DNA from: Candidatus Binatia bacterium
Lineage (GTDB): Bacteria > Desulfobacterota > Binatia > UBA9968
DNA: 61,263 bases
NCBI GenBank assembly: GCA_036506735.1
Contig: DASXRG010000184.1
Location: 1-61,263, forward strand
Direction: 5' to 3'
Below, piece by piece: positions 1 to 8,988 of this stretch; positions within the stretch are counted from its first letter, which is position 1, and each line of letters opens with the position of its first letter. The notes under the pieces were generated by a model that saw nothing but the letters and a program-made list of their open reading frames with translations, ran no database searches and was not told the origin of the DNA. The position numbers were made by a program, and so were the translations under genes.

Positions 1-138
1 GTTCTCGCGAAACTCCAGCCATCCGCCGGAGCCCGGGTCGGCGGAATGCAGCATCAGCACGTTTTCGCCCGCGCCGGTTTCCCAATAATGGGTCCGATAT
101 TCACCCGCCTGAATAAATTTTTCAGTTACTTTGGACAT
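1..138 (-). CDS. alpha/beta-fold hydrolase, N-terminal fragment (gene runs off the left edge)
   Basis: Reverse-strand ATG at about 136-138 is preceded by GGAGG. Hand translation MSKVTEKFIQAGEYRTHYWETGAGENVLMLHSADPGSGGWLEFREN resembles N-termini of meta-cleavage-product type hydrolases. Too short for the ORF track. Confidence 0.5.
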   Translation of the reverse strand, partial: MSKVTEKFIQAGEYRTHYWETGAGENVLMLHSADPGSGGWLEFREN

Positions 139-183
139 CTGAGCTACCTCCTAAAAGTTTTTGACTTCCAACCGCATTCTCAT

Positions 184-228
184 CCCTCACCCTTCCCTCT
201 CCCTCAGGGAGAGGGTTAGGGTGAGGGG
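184..228. repeat. Family A palindromic repeat, copy 1 (CCCTCACCC..CCCTCTCCCTCAGGGAGAGGG..GGGTGAGGG)
   Basis: About 45-nt imperfect palindrome read directly. It overlaps the last codons and the stop of the LLM gene. Confidence 0.85.
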
Positions 229-1355
229 CGCCTTTTCGCCTCCAGCGCATGCAGTCGCGGAATCACTTCTTTGCCGAACAGGCGCACGCTATTCAAAACC
301 AGCTCCTGTGGCATAGCCCCCATGCGAACGATCGCCATGAAAGTTCCGAATCCGCCGTACTCTTCATACTGCGCCATCAAATCCTGGTAAACCCGGTCGG
401 GCGTCCCCACCAGCACGAAGCCATCGTCGCGCATTTTTTCCATCGGCGTGACATCGTAAGGGTAAGGAGTCTTCACGGAATCAAGGGTTAGCTCGGGATT
501 CATATCGAGAATCCTTTGTATCGCGGCGTTGTTCACCTTACCCAGCAGCTCCTGGAAATAGTACTCGAAGTGCTTCTTGCAGAGCTTCTCCGCTTCTTTC
601 TGGCTGTCCGCGACAAAGACATGCCGCGCGACCAGGATATCGTTCGGGGTGCAAGGGCGGCCGAACTCCGCGCACGCTTCGCGGAACAACTGGAGCTGCT
701 TCTTGATGGCCACCGTCGGTTGGAAAGTCGAGCAGAGCGTTACGCCCGGCCGCTTGGCAACATTGCGCGTCGGCTCGGGACCGATGGCGCCCACCCAGAC
801 CGGCGGATGGGGATTCTGGTACGGCCGCGGCCACATGTCGACGTCCTTATAATGATAGAACTGGCCGTCATGATTGAGCAAGTCATGGGTCCATGCCTTG
901 AGGATGACATCGAGCGCCTCTTCGAAGCGCGGCCGGCCTTCTCGTAAGGGAATGTTGAGTGCGAGATATTCCCGCGGAATACCGCGCACGAAGCCGGCGA
1001 TGATGCGACCCCTCGTAAGGTTGTCCAGCATCGCCAGCTCTTCGGCTACGCGCAAAGGATGGCCGTGGAGCGGCAGCAGATTGCCCGCCATGGCGAGCTT
1101 GAACCGTTTGGTTTTGGCGGCGATGTAAGCCAAGAAAACGTTCGGCGAGTTATCCAGGCTGTAGGGGCTGCCGTGATGTTCGTTTAAACAGACGCCGTCG
1201 AATCCCACCTCTTCCATCAGCTGGAACTGTTCGACATGGTTCTCATAAGTTTTCGCGGCGACTTCACGCTCGTAGTTTTCTCTGCCGACCGGATACTTGA
1301 GGCGTCCCGTCAGATCCTTACCGTAAGGCACAAAATCAAACGTGAAAACCTTCAT
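216..1355 (-). CDS. LLM-class (luciferase-like) flavin-dependent oxidoreductase
   Basis: 379-aa ORF. N-terminal FDGVCLNEHHGSPY and LDNLTRGRIIAGFVRG segments are typical of the bacterial luciferase-like family. Confidence 0.85.
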   Translation of the reverse strand: MKVFTFDFVPYGKDLTGRLKYPVGRENYEREVAAKTYENHVEQFQLMEEVGFDGVCLNEHHGSPYSLDNSPNVFLAYIAAKTKRFKLAMAGNLLPLHGHPLRVAEELAMLDNLTRGRIIAGFVRGIPREYLALNIPLREGRPRFEEALDVILKAWTHDLLNHDGQFYHYKDVDMWPRPYQNPHPPVWVGAIGPEPTRNVAKRPGVTLCSTFQPTVAIKKQLQLFREACAEFGRPCTPNDILVARHVFVADSQKEAEKLCKKHFEYYFQELLGKVNNAAIQRILDMNPELTLDSVKTPYPYDVTPMEKMRDDGFVLVGTPDRVYQDLMAQYEEYGGFGTFMAIVRMGAMPQELVLNSVRLFGKEVIPRLHALEAKRRPSP

Positions 1356-1385
1356 GCTACCTCCTGGAGATGATTGCCCGCTGGT

Positions 1386-3815
1386 CTAAGCTTGATCTTT
1401 TCCTGCCGCGCCCTGAATCAATCGCCACAGGCGCAGCGGGCTTGCCGGAATCGTCGTGCACTGAACGCCGAGCGGCAACAACGCGTTATTGATGGCGCTG
1501 AGCAGCACCGCCGGCGTTGCCAGGACCGCGCTCTCTCCCGCGCCTTTGACGCCCATCGGCGAGAGCGGCGACGGCGTCTCGGTATACGTCCTCTCGGTCA
1601 TCGGCACTTCCCAGATCGTCGGCAGCAAGTAATCCATAAACGTCGACGTCAGGTACTGGCCGTTCTCGTCGTAAACATGCTCTTCCAGAACGGTCTGTCC
1701 CACGCCTTGGGCCACCGCGCCCTGAATCATGCCTTCCACTACCGCCGGATTCAGCCTGACGCCGCAGTCATCGGCAATGACGTACTTAAGCACCTGCACC
1801 TGGCCGGTGTCGCGGTCCACTTCGACCATGACAATATGGGCGTTGTTGGCGGCCGTGAGATCGAAGCTGCCGCGCCCCTCCGCATCCGGCAATTTGCGTT
1901 CCGGCGGGTTGTAGGTGTAGCTCGCTTCAGGGTTGCCGTCGACGCCTGCGGGCAAGAGATCCGAGCGCGTCAGCATGACGGTGACGACCCGCTGCAGCGG
2001 CAGAGTTTTTTCCGGAGAGCCTTTCACTCTCAGTTGGCCGTTGAAAAGTTCGATGTCGTCCGCGTTGGCTTCCAAAGTCACCGCGGCCACCTTGCGGAGT
2101 TTCTCCGCGATCCGCTCGGCGGCGCCCAACAGCGCGCCCGACAGCATGACGGCCTGGCGGCTGCCGATGGGCCCGGTACCCGGACCAGCGGAGAGGCTGT
2201 CGACCGCGATCACTGCCACGTCTTCCCGTTTGACGCCGAAGTAATCGGCCAAAAAATTCGTCGCAAACGTGTGCTGTCCTTGACCTTCCCAGGGGAAAGT
2301 CACTTCGCAGACGATCTTCCCGGTGGCGTCGATGCGCACCCGCGCGCTCTCGGGCATCGAGGTGCCGAACGGCGAGTCGGGACCGAGCAAGGTAAACATG
2401 CTCATCGCCACGGCGCTGAGCTCGACGCCGGTGTATACGCCGATGCCCACCAGCCGTCCCGCGGCGCGCGCGCGGCTTTGTTCTTCGCGCAGCGCCCGAT
2501 AGCCGGCCAGCTCCAGCGCCATGTTCAGAGTGCGCTCGTAGTCGCCGCTGTCGTAACGCGCGCCGTTGGGCGCCTCGTAGGGGAATTGCTCGGGACGAAG
2601 TAAATTACGCCGGCGAATCTCGACGGGGTCGAGTCCGAGTTTGCACGCCGCCAGATCGACGCAGTGTTCCAGCGCCAGGTTATGCGCCGGCACACCCCAG
2701 CCGCGGTAAGAGCCCTGCGGGCACTTGTTGGTCGCCACCACCGTGAGATCATACTGCGCGTTGCGCATGCGGTAAGGCCCGGTGAAGGCCGACAAAGGCT
2801 TCAGCGCTTTGCCGATCGCCACCGAGACCGCGTGGGCGCCGAGGTCGTCGAGCACTTTGACGCGAAAGCCGGTGATCTCGCCGTCGCGCTTGAGCGCCAT
2901 TTCCGCCGAGTAGGTGCGGTCCGGCCCGTGCGTGTAGCTGCTCAGCAGGTGCTCGACCCGGTCTTCGATCCATTTGACATGGCGCCCGCCGGCCTTGCGC
3001 GACAGTAATGCCATGCGGACGATCGCGTGGGGAAAAATCTTCGTGCCGAAGGAGCCGCCGTGGGGCAGCGGCATGATGCGAATTTTGTGCGCCGGCACCC
3101 GCAGGCCGCGCGCCACCGATCCGACGTAAAAGCCGGTGCCTTGGAAACCGCCCCAGGCGTTGAGGGAAAGATCCGGGCGCCACTGCACGATGCAGTTGCA
3201 GGTCTCGATCGGATTGCCGCTGGCCCTGAGCCAACGAAAATCGTCTTTGACGACGACATCCGCTTGGGCAAAAGCTTCGTCGACCGCGCCAAAGGTAAAG
3301 ATCCGATGGTAAATCAGGTTGGTGCCCTGGTGTTGCCAAATGACCGGGCTGTCCGGATCGAGCGCTTTCTCGGCATCTATGACCGGCGCGAGAATTTCAT
3401 ACTCGACCTCGATCAACTCGAGGGCGTCCTCGGCGATGTAACGGCTCGTCGCCGCGACCGCGGCGACCGGATCGCCGACGAACCTGACTTTATCATGCGC
3501 GATGCAATGCCCCGCCCAACCGATCGGAAAGCCGTGCACGGGCTCCGACCAAGCTTTGGCGTCTGCACCGGTAACCACCGCGACCACGCCGGCAAGTTTC
3601 TCGGCATTGGATATGTCGATGCGCTTGATGCGCGCGTGCGCATGGGGACTGCGCAAGATCGCCGCGAACAGCATGCCTGGAAAAGCAACATTGTCGCCGA
3701 ACTCCGCTCTGCCGGTAAGCAAGGCCGCATCTTCAATACGCGCCGTGTCTTTGCCCAGGTAGCGCGGCTGGGATAGAGGCAGCTCACTCAGATCTCGTGG
3801 CACTTTCTTACTCAC
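1386..3815 (-). CDS. Molybdopterin-binding large subunit of a xanthine dehydrogenase/CoxL-family hydroxylase (paralog 1)
   Basis: 809-aa ORF with family-typical N-terminus (LTGRAEFGDN, RSPHAHARI) and C-terminal GVKGAGES catalytic-Glu segment. The active-site loop reads GSYRGWGVP, which is not a CO-dehydrogenase signature. Confidence 0.9.
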   Translation of the reverse strand: MSKKVPRDLSELPLSQPRYLGKDTARIEDAALLTGRAEFGDNVAFPGMLFAAILRSPHAHARIKRIDISNAEKLAGVVAVVTGADAKAWSEPVHGFPIGWAGHCIAHDKVRFVGDPVAAVAATSRYIAEDALELIEVEYEILAPVIDAEKALDPDSPVIWQHQGTNLIYHRIFTFGAVDEAFAQADVVVKDDFRWLRASGNPIETCNCIVQWRPDLSLNAWGGFQGTGFYVGSVARGLRVPAHKIRIMPLPHGGSFGTKIFPHAIVRMALLSRKAGGRHVKWIEDRVEHLLSSYTHGPDRTYSAEMALKRDGEITGFRVKVLDDLGAHAVSVAIGKALKPLSAFTGPYRMRNAQYDLTVVATNKCPQGSYRGWGVPAHNLALEHCVDLAACKLGLDPVEIRRRNLLRPEQFPYEAPNGARYDSGDYERTLNMALELAGYRALREEQSRARAAGRLVGIGVYTGVELSAVAMSMFTLLGPDSPFGTSMPESARVRIDATGKIVCEVTFPWEGQGQHTFATNFLADYFGVKREDVAVIAVDSLSAGPGTGPIGSRQAVMLSGALLGAAERIAEKLRKVAAVTLEANADDIELFNGQLRVKGSPEKTLPLQRVVTVMLTRSDLLPAGVDGNPEASYTYNPPERKLPDAEGRGSFDLTAANNAHIVMVEVDRDTGQVQVLKYVIADDCGVRLNPAVVEGMIQGAVAQGVGQTVLEEHVYDENGQYLTSTFMDYLLPTIWEVPMTERTYTETPSPLSPMGVKGAGESAVLATPAVLLSAINNALLPLGVQCTTIPASPLRLWRLIQGAAGKDQA

Positions 3816-3841
3816 GTGATGCTCAAATAAATAATCTTTGA

Positions 3842-3920
3842 ACCACGAAGAGCACGAAGGCCACGAAGGGTTCGGATATTTATGCTTTTAAACTTCGTGA
3901 ACTTCGTGTCCTTCGTGGTG
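3842..3920. repeat. Hairpin built from three 9-nt CACGAAG-type units per arm (family B)
   Basis: Left arm is cacgaagag-cacgaaggc-cacgaaggg. Right arm is cttcgtgaa-cttcgtgtc-cttcgtggt. The loop is about 24 nt and AT-rich. It lies between the two large-subunit genes. Confidence 0.75.
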
Positions 3921-3928
3921 ATCTACTC

Positions 3929-6361
3929 CTAGTCGGGAAGTAGACTCGCCGCCTCTTGCAGCGCCTTCCACACTCTAAGCGGAGTCATGGGCGCCTCGGT
4001 AATGCGTACGCCGAGGGGCTCCAACGCGTCGTTCACCGCGCAGAGAATCGCAGCAGGCGTCGTATGTAGCGCGCCTTCGCCGACGCCTTTGACCCCGAGC
4101 GGCGCGATCGGCGACGGCGTGCACATCTGATGCTCCTCCGCCGCCGGCACTTCCATGATCGTCGGCATCAAATAGTCCATGTAGGACGACGTCAGCATCT
4201 GTCCCTTGTCATCGTAGACATATTCTTCGAGCAAGGCGGTGCCGACGCCGTGCGCCATGCCGCCCATCAGCATGCCGCGCACGACGCTGGGATTGAGCCG
4301 CACGCCGCAGTCGTCGACCATGACGTATTTGAGAATTTTTACCTGCCCGGTCTCGCGGTCCACTTCGACCATGCAGAGATGCTGCGCTCCGGCCGCGGTA
4401 ACGCTATAGCGGCCAAAACCTTTTTCGTCTGGAATAGTCCGATCCGGCGGGTTCCACACGTAGGTCGCCTGCGGGTTGCCGTCGACGCCCTCCGGGAGCA
4501 AGTCGGGACGCGCCATCATGAACTGCGCCACCTGCGCGACAGCGAGCGATTTTCCCGGCACGCCGCGCACGCGCAACTGACCGTCGAACAGCTCGACGTC
4601 ATCCGCGCTGGCTTCTAGCATCACGGCGGCGGCACGCTTTAATTTATCCGTCAGGCGCGCGGCCGCCCCAAGCACGGCGCCGGAGAGCGCAATCGCCATG
4701 GAGCTGGAGATCGGGCCGGTGCTCGGCTGCATGCTCAAACTGTCCACGGTGATCACTTGAACGTCTTCCAGCGCGACGCCGAAATAGTCGGCGAGAATCT
4801 GCCGCACGAAACTGTGCTGGCTCTGCCCGCCCGGCGGGAAACCCAGCTCGGCGATGACTTTTCCGAAGGCATCGATGCGCAGCAGAATCCCTTCCGGCGA
4901 CGATGTCCGGCTGAAAATGCGCGGCGAGGCGAGCGCCAGCATCGGCGGCCCGGTGAGACCGGGCTCGATGCTGCTGACGACGCCGATGCCGAGCAACCGT
5001 CCTTCGTCGCGCGCCGCTTGCTGTTCGCGCCGCAGTTCAGCGTAACCCGCCTTCGATAGGAGCAAACTCAAACTCGCTTCGTAATCGCCGCTGTCATAAA
5101 CGTTGCCGGACGGCGAGACATAGGGAAACTGATCTTTCTTGATGAAATTGCGCCGGCGAACTTCGTTGGCCTCCAGCCCCAGTTTTTTCGCGGCGATCTC
5201 GATGAGCTGCTCGATGACCCAGAAGTGAGGCGGCAAACCGAAGGCCCTGAGCGGACCTTGCGGCGTCTTGTTGGTAATGACGCCCTTGCAGGAATAATCG
5301 ACGTTGGCGATGTGATAGCAACTGCCGAGGCAGAGCAGCGGCTTTAGCAGCATGCCGATGGCGAGCCACTCGGCAAAGGCGCCGAGATCATCGACGAGTT
5401 GCATTTTCATGCCGGCGATCGTGCCGTCGCGCTTGAGCGCCAGCGCGCAATCGTAGTGGCGGTCCCAGGCGTGGCTGCTGTTGCCGGTTAAATGCTCGAT
5501 GCGGTCTTCGGTCCATTTGACCGGGCGGCCGCCGAGCTTCTTGGCCATGAGCGCGATGAGCACTACATAGCGGGCAAAAGTCTTAACGCCGAAGCTGCCG
5601 CCCAACGGCGACTGGATGATGCGCACCTGGTGCGAAGAAATCCCCAAAGAGATCACTAGCGCCGGTAAGATAAGGTGCGGCGAGCGATGACCGCCGCGCA
5701 AGGTCAACATGCCGTTAAACGGGTTCCAGTCGGCGATGCAGACGCAGGTTTCGATGGGATTGCCGCTGCTGCGGTGCCAGCGGAATTGTTCGCGCACAAT
5801 CAGATCCGCGCTCGCAAAGGCGCCGTCGACGTCGCCGAAGACGAAGCGCCGATCATAGGCGATGTTACTGTCTTTGCCTTCGAGGACCTTCGGTGCCGAT
5901 GCCGATCCGGCTTTGAGCGCATCGACCACCGGCCCCAACGGCTCGTATTCGACTACGATCAACTCCAGCGCATCTTCGGCGATGTAGCGGTCGCCGGCCG
6001 CAATGACGGCCACCGGCTCGCCGACCCAATGGGTCTTTTCCACCGCCAGCGCGTAACCGGTCCAGCCTTCGGGGACGCCGAACACGGGCCGCGACCAATC
6101 TTTGACTTCCTTGCCGGTCAGTACCGCCGCCACGCCGGGCAGATTTTCGGCGCGCGAAGTGTCAATTGATTTTATCAAAGCATGGGCATGCGGGCTGCGT
6201 AGAATGGCGGCGTGCAGCATGCCCGGAGTACGGATATCGTTGCCGTACTCGACCTTCCCCGTGAGCAGAAGCGGATCCTCCAGCCGCGGGCTGTCTTTGC
6301 CGACGTGACGCGGTTGGCTGATCGGCAGTTGGCTGGGAAGCTTGGGCTCGGCGGTCACCAC
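3929..6361 (-). CDS. Molybdopterin-binding large subunit of a xanthine dehydrogenase/CoxL-family hydroxylase (paralog 2)
   Basis: 810-aa ORF collinear with paralog 1 (LTGKVEYGND, RSPHAHALI, GVKGVGEG). The active-site loop reads GPLRAFGLP. Confidence 0.9.
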   Translation of the reverse strand: MVTAEPKLPSQLPISQPRHVGKDSPRLEDPLLLTGKVEYGNDIRTPGMLHAAILRSPHAHALIKSIDTSRAENLPGVAAVLTGKEVKDWSRPVFGVPEGWTGYALAVEKTHWVGEPVAVIAAGDRYIAEDALELIVVEYEPLGPVVDALKAGSASAPKVLEGKDSNIAYDRRFVFGDVDGAFASADLIVREQFRWHRSSGNPIETCVCIADWNPFNGMLTLRGGHRSPHLILPALVISLGISSHQVRIIQSPLGGSFGVKTFARYVVLIALMAKKLGGRPVKWTEDRIEHLTGNSSHAWDRHYDCALALKRDGTIAGMKMQLVDDLGAFAEWLAIGMLLKPLLCLGSCYHIANVDYSCKGVITNKTPQGPLRAFGLPPHFWVIEQLIEIAAKKLGLEANEVRRRNFIKKDQFPYVSPSGNVYDSGDYEASLSLLLSKAGYAELRREQQAARDEGRLLGIGVVSSIEPGLTGPPMLALASPRIFSRTSSPEGILLRIDAFGKVIAELGFPPGGQSQHSFVRQILADYFGVALEDVQVITVDSLSMQPSTGPISSSMAIALSGAVLGAAARLTDKLKRAAAVMLEASADDVELFDGQLRVRGVPGKSLAVAQVAQFMMARPDLLPEGVDGNPQATYVWNPPDRTIPDEKGFGRYSVTAAGAQHLCMVEVDRETGQVKILKYVMVDDCGVRLNPSVVRGMLMGGMAHGVGTALLEEYVYDDKGQMLTSSYMDYLMPTIMEVPAAEEHQMCTPSPIAPLGVKGVGEGALHTTPAAILCAVNDALEPLGVRITEAPMTPLRVWKALQEAASLLPD

Positions 6362-6374
6362 GGGTAAGGCCTCG

Positions 6375-6857
6375 CTAACGGTTGCGCAGCCGCGATGCCG
6401 CCAATTTTACCGACTCCAAAATATCCTGATAGCCGGTGCACCGGCAGAGGTGCCCCGAAAGCCATTCCTTGATTTCTTCTTCGTCTGGGTCGGGGTGTTT
6501 GGTTAGCAGCTCGTAGGTCGTCATCAGAAACCCCGGCGTGCAAAAGCCGCACTGCAGCCCGTGCTTTTCGCGAAACGATTCTTGGATCGGATGGAGCTCG
6601 CCTGTCGATTTCGCCAGACCTTCAACCGTCATCAGCTCGGCGCCGTCGGCCTGCGCCGCGAGCATGATGCAGGAGCGCACGGCTTCGCCGTTCATCAGAA
6701 TCGTGCAGGCGCCGCACACGCCGTGCTCGCACCCCACATTGGTTCCCGTGAGACCGACATCCTCGCGCAAAAAGTCCACCAAGGTTTTGCGCGCTTCGAC
6801 AGTCTGTTCGTACGCAACGCCGTTCACGCGCACTTTGACGGTTCGAGTGGTCGCCAT
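6375..6857 (-). CDS. (2Fe-2S)-binding small subunit (CoxS/XdhC-iron-sulfur type)
   Basis: 160 aa with both cluster motifs: CEHGVCGACT and CGFCTPG...CRCTGY. Confidence 0.92.
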   Translation of the reverse strand: MATTRTVKVRVNGVAYEQTVEARKTLVDFLREDVGLTGTNVGCEHGVCGACTILMNGEAVRSCIMLAAQADGAELMTVEGLAKSTGELHPIQESFREKHGLQCGFCTPGFLMTTYELLTKHPDPDEEEIKEWLSGHLCRCTGYQDILESVKLAASRLRNR

Positions 6858-7732
6858 CAGTTTTTCCCTAGTTTCTCGAGCGCGGCGCGGAGCGCACGCT
6901 TGGTCAAGGTCGCCGCGACGGCGCGGCGGTATTCTTCAGTGGCATGAATATCGTTGCTGGGATCGATGCCCTGCTTGGCGCTTTGCGCCGCCGCTTCGAA
7001 GGCCGCCTCAGCCACGGCCTGTCCAATGAGCGCATCTTCCGCCGCTTTGATCCTTATGGGCGTCGCGCCTACACCGAAGTAGACCAGTCGCGCCCGGCGG
7101 ATAATTTGCCGATCCGGGTCTAACGCCAGTCCCGCGACGATGCCGACGATCGCGAAATCGCCGTGACGCCGGCTGATCTCGAGCACCGACCATGCGCTGT
7201 CTTTGGGCGGCGCCGGGAAGCGCACCTCGGTAAGTATCTCGTTGGCCTCGAGAGCGGTGGTAAAAAAACTCTGAAAAAACGTCTCGGCGCCGACGGTTCG
7301 CGCCGCCTTCGCGCTGGTCAGAGTCATCTCCGCGTCGAGCGCCAGCGCCAGCGCCGGCAGCTCCGCCGCCGGGTCGGCGTGGGCGATGCTGCCGCAGATG
7401 GTGCCGCGGCTACGAATCTGCGGGTGGGCGATGTAATAGGCGGCTTCCTGGAGAATCGGCACCCGCTCGGCGATCAGCTTCTCTGTTTGCAAAGCGCGCT
7501 GGCGCGCAAGCGCGCCGATGGCGACACCGCCATCGCTCGCCCGAACGTAATTGAGCTCTTTGATCCGATTGATGTCGACGACGATATTGGGTCGCGCCAA
7601 GCGCATGTTCAAAAGCGGCATCAGGCTCTGGCCGCCGGCGAGAACCTTGCCGTCTCCTTGATGAGTGTCGAGAAGCGCCAACGCCTCTTCGAGACTCCTC
7701 GGATCGTAATAATCAAATTTTGCCGGCTTCAT
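6857..7732 (-). CDS. FAD-binding medium subunit (CoxM type)
   Basis: Track ORF 6857..7876 trimmed to the internal ATG giving MKPAKFDYYDPRSLEEALALL. This removes the overlap with the upstream gene. AGGQSLMPLLNMRL FAD motif present. The stop overlaps the start of the 2Fe-2S gene by 1 nt. Confidence 0.85.
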   Translation of the reverse strand: MKPAKFDYYDPRSLEEALALLDTHQGDGKVLAGGQSLMPLLNMRLARPNIVVDINRIKELNYVRASDGGVAIGALARQRALQTEKLIAERVPILQEAAYYIAHPQIRSRGTICGSIAHADPAAELPALALALDAEMTLTSAKAARTVGAETFFQSFFTTALEANEILTEVRFPAPPKDSAWSVLEISRRHGDFAIVGIVAGLALDPDRQIIRRARLVYFGVGATPIRIKAAEDALIGQAVAEAAFEAAAQSAKQGIDPSNDIHATEEYRRAVAATLTKRALRAALEKLGKN

Positions 7733-7760
7733 CTTGAATCTCGAACACTTGCTCTTGGTT

Positions 7761-8495
7761 CTAACTGCCGATCGCCGTGCGACCCGCCCGCTCGGTGGCG
7801 CGGTGGCGCAGAAATTCGAGACTGCGGCGCCAGCAGTCCTCGGACGCTTCCTGGCGATAGGCCGGGCTTTTCGCATTAGTCCAGCCGTGATCCGCTCCTG
7901 GGTAAGTGTGCACCTCGAAATCTTTTTTGTGCGTCGTCAACGCATTGCGATAAGCGTCGACGTCTTTCGACGGCACGAGGCGATCCATTTCGCCGAAGAA
8001 GGCGATCACGGGCGTGTGTAAAAACTGAACTCGGTCCAGCGGCTGGGTCGGCGTGTTGGGATTTTTGGTATCGTTGGTTGGAAAGCCATGGAACGAGGCC
8101 GCTCCGGCCAGCTCATTTTGAAATGTCGGCCATAACATCGCGAAACGGCCGCCCAGACAATAGCCCCATGCAAATACCGGTTGGCCGCCTACCAGAGGAT
8201 GTTGCCGCAGCATGGCGAGCGCCGCATTGAGATCGCCAAGGACCTGGTCGTCGGGCTGAGCGCCCGGCCGTTTGAAGATATCTTCCGGAACCCCCGGATG
8301 GTCGAAGAAGTTCACGGCCAGCGCGACAAAATTTTCCGTTGCTAGTCTTTCGACGACGTCCCTGGCAAATTCATCCAGGGCTCTGATCGTCGGAATCATG
8401 ATGACGCCGGGAAACGGCCCTGGCCTTGACGGCAAGGCCAAGAGACCGCCGATCGTGCCCGCTCCGCTCGAAATTCGGACACTTTCAATCGCCAT
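7761..8495 (-). CDS. Dienelactone hydrolase family protein
   Basis: 244 aa. GFPGVIMIP...ALAVNFFDH and GYCLGG nucleophile-elbow-like segment. Confidence 0.78.
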   Translation of the reverse strand: MAIESVRISSGAGTIGGLLALPSRPGPFPGVIMIPTIRALDEFARDVVERLATENFVALAVNFFDHPGVPEDIFKRPGAQPDDQVLGDLNAALAMLRQHPLVGGQPVFAWGYCLGGRFAMLWPTFQNELAGAASFHGFPTNDTKNPNTPTQPLDRVQFLHTPVIAFFGEMDRLVPSKDVDAYRNALTTHKKDFEVHTYPGADHGWTNAKSPAYRQEASEDCWRRSLEFLRHRATERAGRTAIGS

Positions 8496-8526
8496 GAAAC
8501 CTTCTTAACGTCTCACGCTTATCTGC

Positions 8527-8988
8527 TCAAACCGACGGATTTTCTTTGCGCGCCGCAAGGCGACTCTGCATGCACTGAAAGAACTGCCCCATCAACTGCT
8601 TGGCCACGCCTTCGAAAAGACGCTGGCCGACGCCGGCCATCACCCCACCCACCTCGCCAGCGCCGGAAACATGCACCGCGGTCTGGTCGCCGGCTTCGTC
8701 CTGCAATGTTAAAGCGCCCTCGCCGCGGACAAAACCAGCCGCTCCCGAGCCCTCGATGATCAGCCGGTAACTTCGCGGCGGCGTTTTTTCTTTCATCGAG
8801 ATTTTGCCGTGAAAGGTGCCCTTGATCGGCCCGATACCGACTTCCATCGTCGCCTCGAATTCATCAGTCGCGATTTCGGTCAATTGCTTGCAGCCCGGCG
8901 TGCAATGTTGCAACGACTGCGGATCAGTCAACAAGTTCCACACCTCCTGCGAAGGGGCCGGAAATATGAAACGCCCCTCAATCTTCAT
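8527..8988 (-). CDS. SRPBCC-fold CoxG-like protein
   Basis: 153 aa. MKIEGRFIFPAPSQEVWNLLTDPQSLQHCTPGC is typical of CoxG family proteins encoded with Mo-hydroxylases. Confidence 0.8.
   Translation of the reverse strand: MKIEGRFIFPAPSQEVWNLLTDPQSLQHCTPGCKQLTEIATDEFEATMEVGIGPIKGTFHGKISMKEKTPPRSYRLIIEGSGAAGFVRGEGALTLQDEAGDQTAVHVSGAGEVGGVMAGVGQRLFEGVAKQLMGQFFQCMQSRLAARKENPSV

Noticed and set aside
1374-2603. Long ORFs antisense to or overlapping clearly homologous genes. Examples are 1374..2603(+), 13256..14671(+), 25927..26607(-), 42203..43765(+), 43979..44989(+), 48846..50126(-), 52604..53869(+) and 54273..55409(+). There are also many 60-250-aa Arg/Pro/Ala-rich ORFs.
   Set aside because: These are high-GC shadow frames. 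Their translations are low-complexity (R/A/P/G-rich) and have no recognisable motifs. Each is fully covered by an opposite-strand or other-frame ORF with strong family signatures.
3780-4081. Apparent one-base frame discrepancies in both Mo-hydroxylase large-subunit genes when I hand-translated across about 3780 and about 4080.
   Set aside because: The supplied ORF track translates both genes continuously with family-consistent sequence. The two discrepancies cancel exactly. I attribute them to my own reading or indexing of the printed lines, not to real frameshifts. Hand-placed coordinates in 3781..4080 may therefore be off by 1 nt.
1386-8988. Calling the cluster an aerobic carbon monoxide dehydrogenase (coxMSL plus coxG).
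   Set aside because: Neither large subunit carries the form I (AYxCSFR) or form II (AYRGAGR) active-site signature. No coxD/E/F-type accessory genes are present, and the surrounding genes are aromatic-catabolic.
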